Positions 11,456-21,754 of a DNA stretch of 64,000 bases are shown here, piece by piece (the first letter of the stretch is position 1; each line of letters opens with the position of its first letter). The DNA is from an uncultured Pseudomonadota bacterium. GTDB lineage: Bacteria > Pseudomonadota > Alphaproteobacteria > Caulobacterales > Caulobacteraceae. The stretch is from contig CAWIMM010000002.1 in assembly GCA_963837235.1 (NCBI GenBank), forward strand, positions 1,354,254 through 1,418,253, read 5' to 3'. The notes beneath the pieces are model-generated. The model was not told where the DNA came from. It did no database searches and was given only the letters and a program-made list of their open reading frames with translations. The position numbers were made by a program, and so were the translations under genes.

Positions 11456-11543
11456 CGGGGCGTCCTCCTGCGCGGCATCGGTCTGAACGATGTTAAGCTG
11501 CTTGCGCGCGGCGCGGAAGCGCGCGCTTTGGAGGGGGACATCC

Positions 11544-11998
11544 ATGATCATCGCCGTCCTGGCGGCCGCCGCCGGTCTCGCCGCCGCGCCGCCGCCCGAT
11601 CCGCCCGCGCCGAAGTGCCCGGGCGAGTCCACGGTGGAGATAAACGATTGCCAGAGCGCCACGCTCGCGACGGCCGAGCAAGAGTTGAAGCGCTATCTCG
11701 GCGCAGCGCGCACACGGCTGAAGTCGAGGCGGCTGACGACGCCGGCGTGGCGAAGGCGTTGGCGGAGTTCGACAAGGCGCAGACGGCGTGGATCGCCTAT
11801 CGCGATGCGGAGTGCGGCGCGATCTACGACTACTGGAGCTCCGGCACGATCCGCAACACGATCGCCCTGACCTGCGAGATCGACCTCACGCGGCGGCACA
11901 CGCACACGGTCTGGAGCGAGTGGCTGACGTATATGGACTCCACCCCGCCGATCCTGCCCGAGCCGTCGACTGCGTCTGGCCAACCCTTCGCGAATTGA
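11544..11998 (+). CDS. Lysozyme inhibitor LprI family secreted protein (frameshifted)
   Basis: Signal peptide, [26 protein letters not shown]...C. Confidence 0.75.
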
Positions 11999-12054
11999 GC
12001 CGGGGGGCGCATCGCGGTATCGCTCCGCCGAGCCGCGCCGCCTGGAGGTTGCCG

Positions 12055-12412
12055 ATGCGTATCGCCCTTGCTCTCGTCCTCGCGCTGGCGGCGCAGCCAG
12101 CGCTGGCGGCGCCGCCAGCGACCGGCCAGCAGCTCTTCAACGACAAGTGCGGCGATTGCCACACCGATCGCGGCGGCCAGCACCTCGGACGCGCCGTCGC
12201 TGAAGGGCGTCGTCGGGCGCAAGATCGCCAGCCTGCCCGACTTCCAGTACTGCACCGGCCTGAAGGCCAAGCGGGGGACCTGGACCGAGAGCGCGCTGGA
12301 CGCCTTCCTGTTCAACCCACGCGGCTTCGCGCCGGGCAAGGACATGTCCGCCGGCGCGGCCGACCCCGGCGTGCGCAGGGCGATCATCGACTATCTGAAG
12401 ACGGTGAAGTGA
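12055..12412 (+). CDS. c-type cytochrome (frameshifted)
   Basis: Signal peptide, CGDCH heme motif, APSLKGVVGR, WTESALDAFL.NP...PG.DM. Confidence 0.85.
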
Positions 12413-12421
12413 CTTAGCGCG

Positions 12422-13321
12422 ATGGAGGCTTTCCCCGCCTTCTTCCCGCTCGACGGCCGCGCGTGGTGATCGCCGGCGAGGGCGAAGGGGCGGAGGCCAA
12501 GGCGCGGCTGCTGGCCGGCTCGCCGGCGAGGCTGGAGCGGGTGCGCGGGCGCGGCGGCGCTGTCGAGGGACGCCTACGCCGGCGCGGCGCTGGCCTTCGT
12601 CGCGAGCCCCGACGCGGATTTCTGCGGCGACGCCGCCCAGGCCGCCCGGGCCGCCGGCGCGCCGGTCAACGTCGTCGACCATCCGGAGCTCTGCGACTTC
12701 CACACGCCCGCGATCATCGACCGCGGCCAGGTGGTGGCGGCGATCGGCACCGGCGGCGCGGCCCCGATCGTCTCGGCTTTGCTGCGCGCCGAGCTGGAGG
12801 CGAAGATCCCCGCCGGGCTCGGGCGCCTCGCGACCCTGTTCGGCGCGCTGCGGCCGCAGATCGTCGCCGCGTTTCCGGACCTCTCGCACCGCCGCGCGTT
12901 CCTGCGCGCGCTGCTCGGAGGCCCCGCGGCGGCGGCGGCCGACGCCGGCGACCTCGCCAGGGCCGAGCGGCTGATCCGCGCGGAGCTCGAGCGTGGTCTC
13001 GCCGCGCTCGGGGCGATCTGGCTGATCGCGGCGCCGGCGAACCGCGACGACCTCTCGCTGCGCGCCGCCCGCGCGCTCGCCGAGGCCGACACCCTGGTGC
13101 TGGGCGACGGGGTCGCGCTGGACGTCTCGGTGCTGGCGCGCCGGGATGCGCCGCGGCGCACGCTGGCGGACGCCGACGCGGCCTTCCTGGCGAGCGAAGC
13201 CGCCGAGGGCCGGCAGACCGCGGTGCTCGCCGGGGCCGCCGAGCTGGCGCCGCTGGCGCAAGCCCTGGACCGGATGGGCGCGGGCTATCGCCGCCTCGAC
13301 CCGGCGCCGGTCGCCGGCTAG
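12422..13321 (+). CDS. Siroheme synthase-like protein (precorrin-2 dehydrogenase/chelatase with short degenerate methyltransferase remnant; frameshifted)
   Basis: MEAFPAFF, VNVVDHPELCDFHTPAIIDR, AIGTGGAAP, DDLSLRAARAL. Confidence 0.78.
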
Positions 13322-15009
13322 TCGTCCAGCGAGCGGCCGCGGGTCTCGGGCAGGAAGACGAGGCAGCAGACCACCGAGATCGCGGTGAAGATCGCCGGGT
13401 ACCAAAGGCCGGCGTAGATGTCGCCGGTGGCGACCACGATCGAGAACGAGACCACTGGCTGGAAGCCGCCGATCCAGCCGGTGCCGAGGTGGTAGGGCAG
13501 CGAGAGCGCCGTGTAGCGCACCTTGGCCGGGAAGAGCTCGGTCAGCGCCGCGGCCATCGGCCCGTAGAGCGCCGTCGCCGCGATCGTGAACACCGCCAGC
13601 ACCGCCAGGATCAGGCCCGCGTTGCGCTGCGCCGGATCGGACTTGGTCGGATAGCCGGCCTTGGCGAGCGCCGCGGTGATCGCATGCGAGGCCTTGTCGG
13701 TCGCCGCCTTCAGCGCCGGCCCGGAAAGGCCGCGCGCGTCGACCGACGGGACCGCGACGGCGCCCACCCGGACCACCGCGGTCTGGCCGGCCGGCGCCGG
13801 CAAGCTCGCGTAGCCGACCCCGGCGTTCGCCAGCGCCGCCTTGGCGATGTCGCAGCTGGAGGCCACCTTGGCCTTGCCGGTGAGGTCGAACTGCGAGCCG
13901 CAGTCGGCGGGGTCGGCGACCACGACCACCGGCGTGGTTTGCGTCGCCCGCACCAGCGCCGGATTGGCGCCCGCGCTCAGCAGCATGAAGCCGGGGAAGA
14001 GGGCGATGAGCCCCAGCGTCATGCCCGCCAGCATCACCGGCTTGCGGCCGACCTTGTCGGAGAGCCAGGCGAAGAAGACGTAGAGCGGCGCGCTGACAGC
14101 ACCGCCGCGCAGAGGATCATCAGGTTGGCGTAGTCCGCCGTCGACCTTCAGGAACGGTCTGCATGAACACCGTCGGAATAGAAGAACACCGTGTACCAGT
14201 AGGCGCCCTGGGCGCTCATCAGCCCGAAGAAGGCGATCAGCACCAGCTTCAGGTTGGGCCAGCGGCCGAAGGCGTCGGCGTAGGGCGCCTGGCTGGCCTG
14301 GCCGGCATCCTTCAGCCGCTGGAAGGCGGGGCTCTCGCCGAGCCGCGAGCGCATCCAGATCGAGATCGCCACCAGGCCCACCGAGACGAAGAACGGGATC
14401 CGCCAGCCGCCGCTCCAGCCCGGCTGCGGGAAGGCCGCCTCGCCCATCGTGCGGCGGGTGATGAAGATCACGGTGAGCGCCGCGACCAGGCCGAATGCCG
14501 CCGAGGTCTGCACCCAGCCCGTCGACCAGCCGCGCCGGCTCGGGCTGCGCGTGCTCGGCGACGTAGATCGCCGCGCCGCCATACTGGCCGCCCGAGGGCG
14601 GTGCCCTGCAGGATGCGCAAGGCGATCAGCAGCACGCGGCGCGATCAGGCCCGATCTGCTGGTAGCTGGGCAACAGGCCGATGGCGAAGGTCGCCCCGCC
14701 CATCATCGAGACGCAGATCAGGAACGCCGCTTTGCGCCCCAGTACGTCGCCCACGCGGCCGAAGATCAGCGCGCCCAGCGGCCGGAACGCGAAACCGACG
14801 CCGAACAGGGCGAGCGCCGCGATCTGCCCGGCGGTCGGGCCGACAGCTGGGCGAAGAAGGTCTTGGCGATGATCGTCTGCAGGCTGCCGAAGATGAAGAA
14901 GTCGTACCACTCGAACGCGGTGCCCGGCCGCCGAGGCGGCCACGACGGTGCGCATGGGCGTCGTCGCGTGCCCGGTCGTCGGCGCGGCCTGCGCCGTGGT
15001 GTCTGTCAT
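13318..15009 (-). CDS. MFS transporter, MHS family (frameshifted)
   Basis: FEWYDF, FRPLGALIFGRVGD.LGRK, GWRIPF, ELFPAKVRYT, LPET. Confidence 0.9.
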
Positions 15010-15067
15010 GCGGCCTCCCCTTCACGCGGGTCTAGCACTCGCGCTGCGCTTCGCGGAAGCTGGGCGG

Positions 15068-15520
15068 ATGGTCGCGACTCTGTACATCGACGCCGACGCC
15101 TGCCCGGTGAAGGACGAGGTCTACAAGGTGGCGGTGCGCTACCAGCTGCCGGTGGTCGTGGTCTCCAACAGCTGGATCCGCACGCCGCCGCTGAAGCTGG
15201 TCAGCCAGATCGTGGTCGACCAGGGGCCGGACGTGGCCGACGACTGGATCGCCGAACGCGCCGACGCCGCCGCCATCGTGATCACCGCCGACATCCCGCT
15301 GGCGGATCGGGTGCTGAAGGCTGGCGGCCAGGCGATCCATCCCACCGGGCGGGTCTTCACCCCCGACAACATTGGCGCGGGCCTGGCCTCGCGCGCCGTC
15401 GGCGAGCACCTGCGCTCGATGGGTGAGGTCACCGGCGGCCCGAAGCCGTTCGCGCCGGCCGACCGGTCCAAGTTCCTGCAGGCGCTGGATGCGGCGGTGG
15501 TGCGGGCGCGGCGCCGCTAG
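15068..15520 (+). CDS. YaiI/YqxD family protein
   Basis: [30 protein letters not shown]. Confidence 0.92.
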   Translation: MVATLYIDADACPVKDEVYKVAVRYQLPVVVVSNSWIRTPPLKLVSQIVVDQGPDVADDWIAERADAAAIVITADIPLADRVLKAGGQAIHPTGRVFTPDNIGAGLASRAVGEHLRSMGEVTGGPKPFAPADRSKFLQALDAAVVRARRR

Positions 15521-16708
15521 AAGGCGTTCTCGCCGGTGATGGCGCGGCCGAGGATCAGGGCGTGGACGTCGTGGGCGCCCTCGTAGGTGTTGACGGTCTC
15601 CAGGTTCGCGGCGTGGCGCATCACGTGGTACTCGCCCGAGATGCCGTTGCCGCCGTGCATGTCGCGCGCCTCGCGGGCGATGGCGAGCGCCTTGCCGCAG
15701 TTGTTGCGCTTCATCAGGCTGATGGCCTCCGGGACCCAGGCGCCCTGGTCGATCAGGCGGCCCAGCGCCAGCGCGCCTTCGTAGCCGAGCGCGATCTCGG
15801 TCTGCATGTCGGCCAGCTTCTTCTGCACCAGCTGGCGCGCCGCCAGCGGCTTGCCGAACACGCTGCGGGTGGCGACGTAGTCGCGCGCGGCGTGGAAGCA
15901 GAACTCGGCCGCCCCGATCGCGCCCCAGGCGATGCCGTAGCGCGCCTTGTTGAGGCAGGAGAACGGCCCGCGCAGGCCCTGCACGTCCGGCAGCATGGCG
16001 TCCTCGGGCACGAACACGTCGGCGAGCGCGATCTCGCCGGTGACCGAGGCGCGCAAGGAAAGCTTGTTCTCGATCTGCGGGGTCTCGAAGCCCTTCGACC
16101 CGCGCTCGACCAGGAAGCCGCGGATGATCCCGTCGAGCTTGGCCCAGACCAGCGCGACGTCGGCGAGCGGCGCGTTGGTGATCCACATCTTGGCGCCGTT
16201 GAGCACGAAGCCGCCGCCGGCCGGCTTGGCGACGGTGCGCATCGAGCCGGGATCGGAGCCGCCGTCGGCCTCGGTCAGACCGAAGCAGCCGACGATCTCG
16301 CCGCGCGCCATGCCCGGCAGCCAGCGCCGGCGCTGTTCCTCCGAGCCGAACTCGTAGATCGGGTACATGACCAGCGACGACTGCACGCTCATCGCCGAGC
16401 GGTAGCCGCTATCGATCGCCTCGATCTCGCGGGCGATCAGGCCATAGGCGACGTGGTTGACGCCGGCGCCGCCGTAGGCCTCCGGCAGCGTCGGCCCGAG
16501 GAAGCCCAGCGCGCCCATCTCGGTCATGATCTCGCGGTCGAACCGCTCCTCGGCCCAGGCGCTGACCACGCGCGGCAGCAGCTTCTCGCGGGCGTAGGCG
16601 CGCGCCGCATCGGCGACCATCCGCTCCTCCTCGGAGAGGCGCTGAGTCGAGGTCGAGCGGATCGTCCCATTGGAAGGTCTTGCGCGTCTCGCCGGCGTCG
16701 AGGGCCAT
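15517..16708 (-). CDS. Acyl-CoA dehydrogenase, glutaryl-CoA dehydrogenase-like
   Basis: [40 protein letters not shown]; frameshift near the start. Confidence 0.9.
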
Positions 16709-16775
16709 GGGGCTGCTCCTTGTCGTGCCGGCCTTATGACGCTGCAGAGGCATGCCCGTGAAGCCTCGCAGGAGG

Positions 16776-16899
16776 CCGCATGGCCGGCCTTGTGCCGGCC
16801 ACTCAAGAACACCGTCTCTCGCCATGGCCGCGCCGGAGCGCGGCGCACTCTGCAATGGGTCGTTCATGGGTCGCTGGGACTGACGCCCGGCGATGACGG
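16776..16899. repeat. Palindromic element, family B
   Basis: CATGGCCGG...CCGGCCA...CATGGGTCGC.GG...CCGGCGATGACGG; copies at 23575 and 40962. Confidence 0.82.
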
Positions 16900-16909
16900 C
16901 TTCGGGGCA

Positions 16910-17735
16910 TCAAGTCCCCGTGTAGACGCCCTTTCGCTTTTCGGCGAAGGACGGCGATCGAATTCGCGGGTGTCGTTGGTGGCCTTGCGGGCGAAGCCGA
17001 AGCGCGACGCTTTCGTAGCGCAGCGCCTCGTCGAGTTCGGCGTCCTGGTTGTGCTGCAGCACGCGCTTGGCCATGCGGATGGCGAGCGGCGGCCACTGCG
17101 CCATCTCCTGGGCGAGCCGCGACCGCCTCGTCGATCAGGTGCTCGGGCGCGACCAGGCGGTCCAGCAGCCCGATGCGGTAGGCTTCCTCGGCGTTCACCG
17201 CGCGGCTGGAGAACACCAGGTCGGCGGCGCGCGAGTAGCCGACGATGCGCGGCAGGAAGTAGCTCATCCCCGAATCCGGCGAGAGGTTGCGCTCGACGAA
17301 CACGGTCTTGAACCGCGCGTTGGTCGAGCCGATCGCGCATGTCGCAGGCCGAGCGCCATGCTCATGCCGGCGCCGGCGGCGACGCCGTTCACCGCCGCGA
17401 TCAGCGGCTTGTCGAAATGGGCGAAGCGCTTGGCCCAGCGGCCGACCCAGCCCATCTCGTCGAGCCGGTCGGTCTGGATCGGCCGGCGAGGGAACGCCGC
17501 CGCCGCCCGCGGCGCCCGGGCCGCCGCGCCCGAGAGGTCCGCGCCCGAGCAGAAGCCCTTGCCGGCGCCGGTGATGATCGCCGCGCGCACCGTATCGTCC
17601 TCATGCGCGCGCCTCGACCGCGGCGTGCACCTCTTCGCGCACCGCCTGGCCGATGGCGTTCAGCCGCTCCGGCCGGTTCAGCGTGATGATCGCGACCGGG
17701 CCGCGGGTCTCGTAGAGGATGGCTTCGTAAGTCAT
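16910..17735 (-). CDS. Enoyl-CoA hydratase/isomerase family protein (frameshifted)
   Basis: ITLNRPERLNA, TGAGKGFCSGADL, KPLIAAVNGVAAGAG, F.EKR. Confidence 0.9.
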
Positions 17736-17893
17736 GGCGTTGCTCCCAATGGGTTCGCTTGAAAATGCGCTTGGATTTTGTGGTTTTGCCGCACTGAAAG
17801 CCCTTCGCCAGCGGCTCGCAAGCGACGATTGCCGGCCGCCGGGTCAAGGCGCATAGAGCGCAGCCTCGACGAAGCGAGGGGGAGGGACGGGCG

Positions 17894-18349
17894 ATGGAGA
17901 TCAACGGCGTCGCGCACATCTTCGTCACGGCCGGCGACTTCGAGACCTCGAAGGCCTTCTACATGAAGCTGCTGCCGTTCCTGGGCCTGAAGGAAGTGAT
18001 GAACGCGGCCGGCGTCTACTACTGCGTCGGCGGGCGCACCGGCTTTGCGGTGCGCGCGCCGTCGCCCGGAGCACGCCGGCGAGCGGTTCGTGCAGAACCG
18101 GGTCGGCCTGCACCACGTCTGCTTCCGGGTCCGCGAGCGCGACGAGGTCGACGCAGGTGCCACGACTTCCTGGTCTCGATCGGCGCGACGGTGGTGCACG
18201 CGCCGCAGGACGACGACTACGCCCCCGGCTACTACTCGGTGCTGTTCGAGGATCCGGACGGCGTGCGCCTGGAGGTCAACCACGTGCCCGGCCAGGGCCT
18301 GCTGACGCCCGGCGGGTCCGGCCACGTCGGCCAGCCGCTGACGCCATGA
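17894..18349 (+). CDS. VOC/glyoxalase family protein (frameshifted)
   Basis: GVAHIFVT, GLHHVCFR, YYSVLFEDPDGVRLE. Confidence 0.88.
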   Translation: MEINGVAHIFVTAGDFETSKAFYMKLLPFLGLKEVMNAAGVYYCVGGRTGFAVRAPSPGARRRAVRAEPGRPAPRLLPGPRARRGRRRCHDFLVSIGATVVHAPQDDDYAPGYYSVLFEDPDGVRLEVNHVPGQGLLTPGGSGHVGQPLTP

Positions 18350-18823
18350 CCAGCCCCTTCTCGCCCATCCAGCTGAGCCGATCGGCCTCGTGCGCGGCGG
18401 GCGCGACGAGCCCACCGACGACGACTGGGGCAAGAGCCGCGCGCGGATCGAGCTCGACGCGGCGCGCTTCGGCCCGGAGGCGCTGGCGGGCCTCGGCGGA
18501 CTTCTCGCACCTCGACGTCATCTTCGTGTTCGACCAGGTCGGCGAGACGCAGATCGAGCATGGCGCGCGCCATCCGCGCGGCCGCGAGGACTGGCCGCTG
18601 GTCGGCATCTTCGCCCAGCGCGGCAAGAACCGGCCGAACCGGCTCGGGGTCTGCACCTGCCGCATCGTCGGCGTCGACGGGCTCGCGATCGAGGTCGAAG
18701 GCCTGGACGCCATCGACGGCACGCCGGTCGTGGACATCAAGCCCGCCATGCAGGGCTTCCTGCCGCGCGGCGACCGTCCGCGAGCCGGCCTGGGCGGCGG
18801 AGATCATGAAGGAGTACTGGTAG
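18346..18823 (+). CDS. TsaA/TrmO-like SAM-binding protein (frameshifted)
   Basis: FSHL, VGIFAQRGKNRPNRLG, GLDAIDGTPVVDIKP. Confidence 0.85.
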
Positions 18824-18830
18824 GCCCGCC

Positions 18831-20035
18831 ATGACCGACACACTCGAGCGCCCGACGATCAGCGAGGCCGACGAGCAGGCGCTGCTGGATTCCATCGACC
18901 GCTGGCTGGAGAAGAAGGTCGCGCCGGTCGCGGCCAAGTACGAGCAGGCCGACGAGTACCCGACCGAGCTGGTGCAGGACATGTGCGAGATGGGCCTGTT
19001 CGGGGCGCTGATCGAGCCGCAGTACGGCGGCCTCGGCCTGCCGGCGATCACCTATTCGCGGATCGTCGCGCGCATCTCCGAAGAGTGGATGAGCCTCACC
19101 GGCTTCTTCAACAGCCACCTGATGATGGCGCTGATCGTGCAGAAGTTCGGCACGCCGGCGCAGAAGGACCACTGGCTGCCGCAGGTTCGCCACCGGCGAG
19201 CTGCGCGGCGGCCTGGCGCTCACCGAGCCCGACGCCGGCACCGACCTGCAGGGCATCCGCACCACCGCCCGGCGCGACGGCGACGTCTACCGGATCAACG
19301 GCTCGAAGCTCTGGATCACCAACGCCATCGAGGGCGACATCCTGGCGGTGCTGGTGAAGACCAATCCGGACGCCGAGCCGCGCCACCGCGGCATGTCGAT
19401 GCTGATCGCGCCGACCCGCGATCCGGAGACGCGCAAGGAGGCGGAAGGCGTCTCGCGCGGCCGCAAGCTGCCGAAGCTCGGCTACCGCGGCATCGACACC
19501 GGCGGCGATCTCGCTTCGACGACGCGCCGGTCGACGCCCGGCTGGGGCTGGTCGGCGGCGAGGAGGGCAAGGGCTTCCTGATGGCGACCGGCGGGCTGGA
19601 GATCGGCCGCGTCAACGTCGCCGCGCGCGGCGTCGGCATCGCCCGGCGGGCGCTGAAGGAGGCGGTGGCCTACGCCCAGATCCGCACCACCATGGGCAAG
19701 CCGATCGCCCAGCACCAGGCGATCCAGCTGAAGCTCGGCGAGATGGCCGCGAAGACCCGCGCCGTCCGAGCTGCTGGTCGAGGACGCCGCCCGCGCCTAC
19801 GACCGCGGCGGCCGCGTCGACCTGGAGGCCGGCATGGCCAAGTGGTTCGCCACCGAGACCGCCTTCGAGGTCGCCACCGAGTCGATGCGCATCCACGGCG
19901 CCTACGGCTACTCGAAGGAGTATCCCGATCGAACGCCTCTACCGCGACGCGCCGCTGCTGATGATCGGCGAAGGCACCAACGAGATGCAGCGCATCATCA
20001 TCGCCCGCCAGCTGATCGCCCGGAACCCGGTCTGA
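18831..20035 (+). CDS. Acyl-CoA dehydrogenase (frameshifted)
   Basis: YGGLGL, LTEPDAGTDL, GSKLWITN, KLGYRG, IHGAYGY, IGEGTNEMQR. Confidence 0.9.
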
Positions 20036-20080
20036 CTTGGCCAGCCGGCCTGCCCCAACTCCGGACGTGTCATCCCCAGA

Positions 20081-20191
20081 GTGTCATCCCGGAGAGCCCG
20101 CCGCAGGCGGACTGGTCCGGGATCTACTTTCGAGCAACGAGACAAGCAGATCCCGGATCTGCGCCGCTGCGCGGCTTGTCCGGGATGACAC
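20081..20191. repeat. Palindromic element, family C
   Basis: GTGTCATCCCGGA...TCCGGGATCT...AGATCCCGGA...TCCGGGATGACAC; copies at 30954, 34909, 42064. Confidence 0.85.
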
Positions 20192-20242
20192 CGTTGGGGG
20201 TCACGTTAAGGGGGCGCGGACCCTCTCCCGAACAAGCGTAGC

Positions 20243-20267
20243 TGAACGGCCCTTCGCAGCAGGCGTT
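20243..20267 (+). promoter_or_regulatory. sigmaT/EcfG-like promoter for the DUF1328 gene
   Basis: TGAAC-N16-CGTT, one mismatch to GGAAC-N16/17-CGTT. Confidence 0.6.
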
Positions 20268-20324
20268 GTTCCCTCGAACTTTGGGCGGCTGATCCGTCCG
20301 GTCGAGAACGAAGGAACATCCGTC

Positions 20325-20498
20325 ATGCTGGGTTGGGCCCTGCTTTTCGCCATTCTCGCGCTGGTCTGCGCGTTTCTGGGCTTTGGCGGCCTGGCGCCGC
20401 TGTTCGCCGGGATCGCCAAGATCCTGTTCTTTATCTTCTTGATTCTATTGGTGGTCAGCTTCGTCATCCGGGCGTTGCGCGGGCGCTCCGTGGTCTAG
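20325..20498 (+). CDS. DUF1328 (UPF0391) small membrane protein
   Basis: MLGWALLFAILALVCAFLGFGG...AKILFFIF; AAGGA RBS. Confidence 0.9.
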   Translation: MLGWALLFAILALVCAFLGFGGLAPLFAGIAKILFFIFLILLVVSFVIRALRGRSVV

Positions 20499-20521
20499 TT
20501 GAAAAAAGTTGAAAGCCGCCT

Positions 20522-20546
20522 GGAACGCATTGCGGCGCGCATCGTT
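20522..20546 (+). promoter_or_regulatory. sigmaT/EcfG promoter
   Basis: Exact GGAAC-N16-CGTT. Confidence 0.8.
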
Positions 20547-20552
20547 TCTAGG

Positions 20553-20678
20553 TCTGCGGAGGCGGCGACGCCCCCCCGACTTGAGGCTGACGATAGTCAG
20601 CCTGCCGTCTCCGCAACCCCTATCTCGATGATGCGACTGGGGCGGCTTGGGACAAGACCCGAGCCGCCCCTTCTCTTT
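20553..20678 (+). ncRNA. GsrN-like stress sRNA
   Basis: Follows the EcfG promoter; 12-bp 5' stem 20555-20566/20604-20615 enclosing a C7 loop; 13-bp terminator stem with T-rich tail; no credible ORF. Confidence 0.7.
20639..20678 (+). terminator. Intrinsic terminator of the putative sRNA
   Basis: GGGGCGGCTTGGG-acaaga-CCCGAGCCGCCCC followed by TTCTCTTT. Confidence 0.75.
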
Positions 20679-20683
20679 GTGTA

Positions 20684-20811
20684 CGCCGGAGGCGCCTCGT
20701 CCTAACGCGGAGTCCGCGGAGGAGGCGCGGAGTACGCAGAGAGTATGAGCACCTCCGCGACCTCTGCGCCCTCTGTGCGTTGAGACAAGCGCCTGCGGCG
20801 CGCGCTACGCC
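20684..20811. repeat. Palindromic element, family D (CGCAGAG/CGCGGAG subrepeats)
   Basis: CTAACGCGGAG...CTCTG.GCGTTGAG core with GCCTGCGGCG flank; copies at 28410 and 61600. Confidence 0.78.
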
Positions 20812-20822
20812 TGCCAGCACCG

Positions 20823-21218
20823 CTACCGGCGGCCGCGTGGGCGATCGCGGCCTTCCATGAAGGCGCGGATCAGGGTGCCGAGGTAGCCGGGGTTGCGCAC
20901 CGCCAGGATGCCGGCGGCGATGGCGCCGGCGATGGCGGTGACCGGCTTGGCGCGCACGAAGTCGAAGATGCGGTCGGTGATCGTCTCCGGCTCGCCGGCC
21001 TTGCGCGGCGGCGGCCGGCCCTGGCGGGTCAGCAGGAAGCCGATGAGGCCGATCAGGAGCGCCGCGGCGAGCGCGACGATCGCCGCGGCGCCGGCGCGTC
21101 CGACGTAGGGCGTCGCCAGCGCGTAGAGCGCGAACGCCAGCGCGACGACGACGATCCCCGCGCTGACCGCGAGCGCCGTCGCGCCGGCCAGAAGGAAGAG
21201 CAGCCTTCGGAAGATCAC
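20823..21218 (-). CDS. Hypothetical membrane protein
   Basis: 131 aa with two or three hydrophobic segments; overlaps the upstream DUF883-like gene stop. Confidence 0.7.
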   Translation of the reverse strand: MIFRRLLFLLAGATALAVSAGIVVVALAFALYALATPYVGRAGAAAIVALAAALLIGLIGFLLTRQGRPPPRKAGEPETITDRIFDFVRAKPVTAIAGAIAAGILAVRNPGYLGTLIRAFMEGRDRPRGRR

Positions 21219-21580
21219 TTTTCGGAGCGGTTGGCCATCAGCAGGCCCAGCAGCAGTCCGACGCCGAGCCCGGTCAGGGTAGCAATCACCGGCCGCTCCT
21301 TGATCCGCTCCACGACGTACTTCTGCGCCTCGTCGATCTGCTGGCTGGCGCTCTCGCGGTAGGGCTCGGCGCGGGTCCTGAACTGCTCGACGCCCTCGCG
21401 CATCACCTGCTCGATGCGCTTGGCGGTCTCACGGAAGTTGCGGTCGGCCGCGTCGATCGCCTCGTTCAGGCGCGCCTGCGCGCTCTCGGCGGCGTTGTCG
21501 ACGGCGGCCTTGGCGGCCTTCTTCACCTTGGCGGAGGTCTCGGCGGCCTTGTCGTCGAACGAGTTGGTGTCGACAGTCAT
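21215..21580 (-). CDS. ElaB/YqjD/DUF883-like tail-anchored protein
   Basis: Helical Ala/Lys/Glu-rich body and C-terminal IKERPVIATLTGLGVGLLLGLL; GGAG RBS. Confidence 0.78.
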   Translation of the reverse strand: MTVDTNSFDDKAAETSAKVKKAAKAAVDNAAESAQARLNEAIDAADRNFRETAKRIEQVMREGVEQFRTRAEPYRESASQQIDEAQKYVVERIKERPVIATLTGLGVGLLLGLLMANRSEK

Positions 21581-21631
21581 GCGGGTTTCTCCGGGGTGCG
21601 AGCGCGACGCGAGAATTAGCGACAACGCCCA

Positions 21632-21657
21632 AACGCTTGCCTAACGGCGGGCGTTCC
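21632..21657 (-). promoter_or_regulatory. sigmaT/EcfG promoter for the DUF883-like operon
   Basis: Minus strand GGAAC-N17-CGTT. Confidence 0.72.
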
Positions 21658-21754
21658 GGCGGCGTCCGTTGACCTTCGACTATAGACGCAAAGGCGACGC
21701 TCGGCGATCCCGCCAGCCGCGTTTGATCGCTCGCCACGCTGGGGTGAGCGCCCT

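Noticed and set aside
20499-20705. 68-aa ORF after DUF1328
   Set aside because: Atypical codons; spans a promoter, structured RNA and terminator, so an sRNA explains it better
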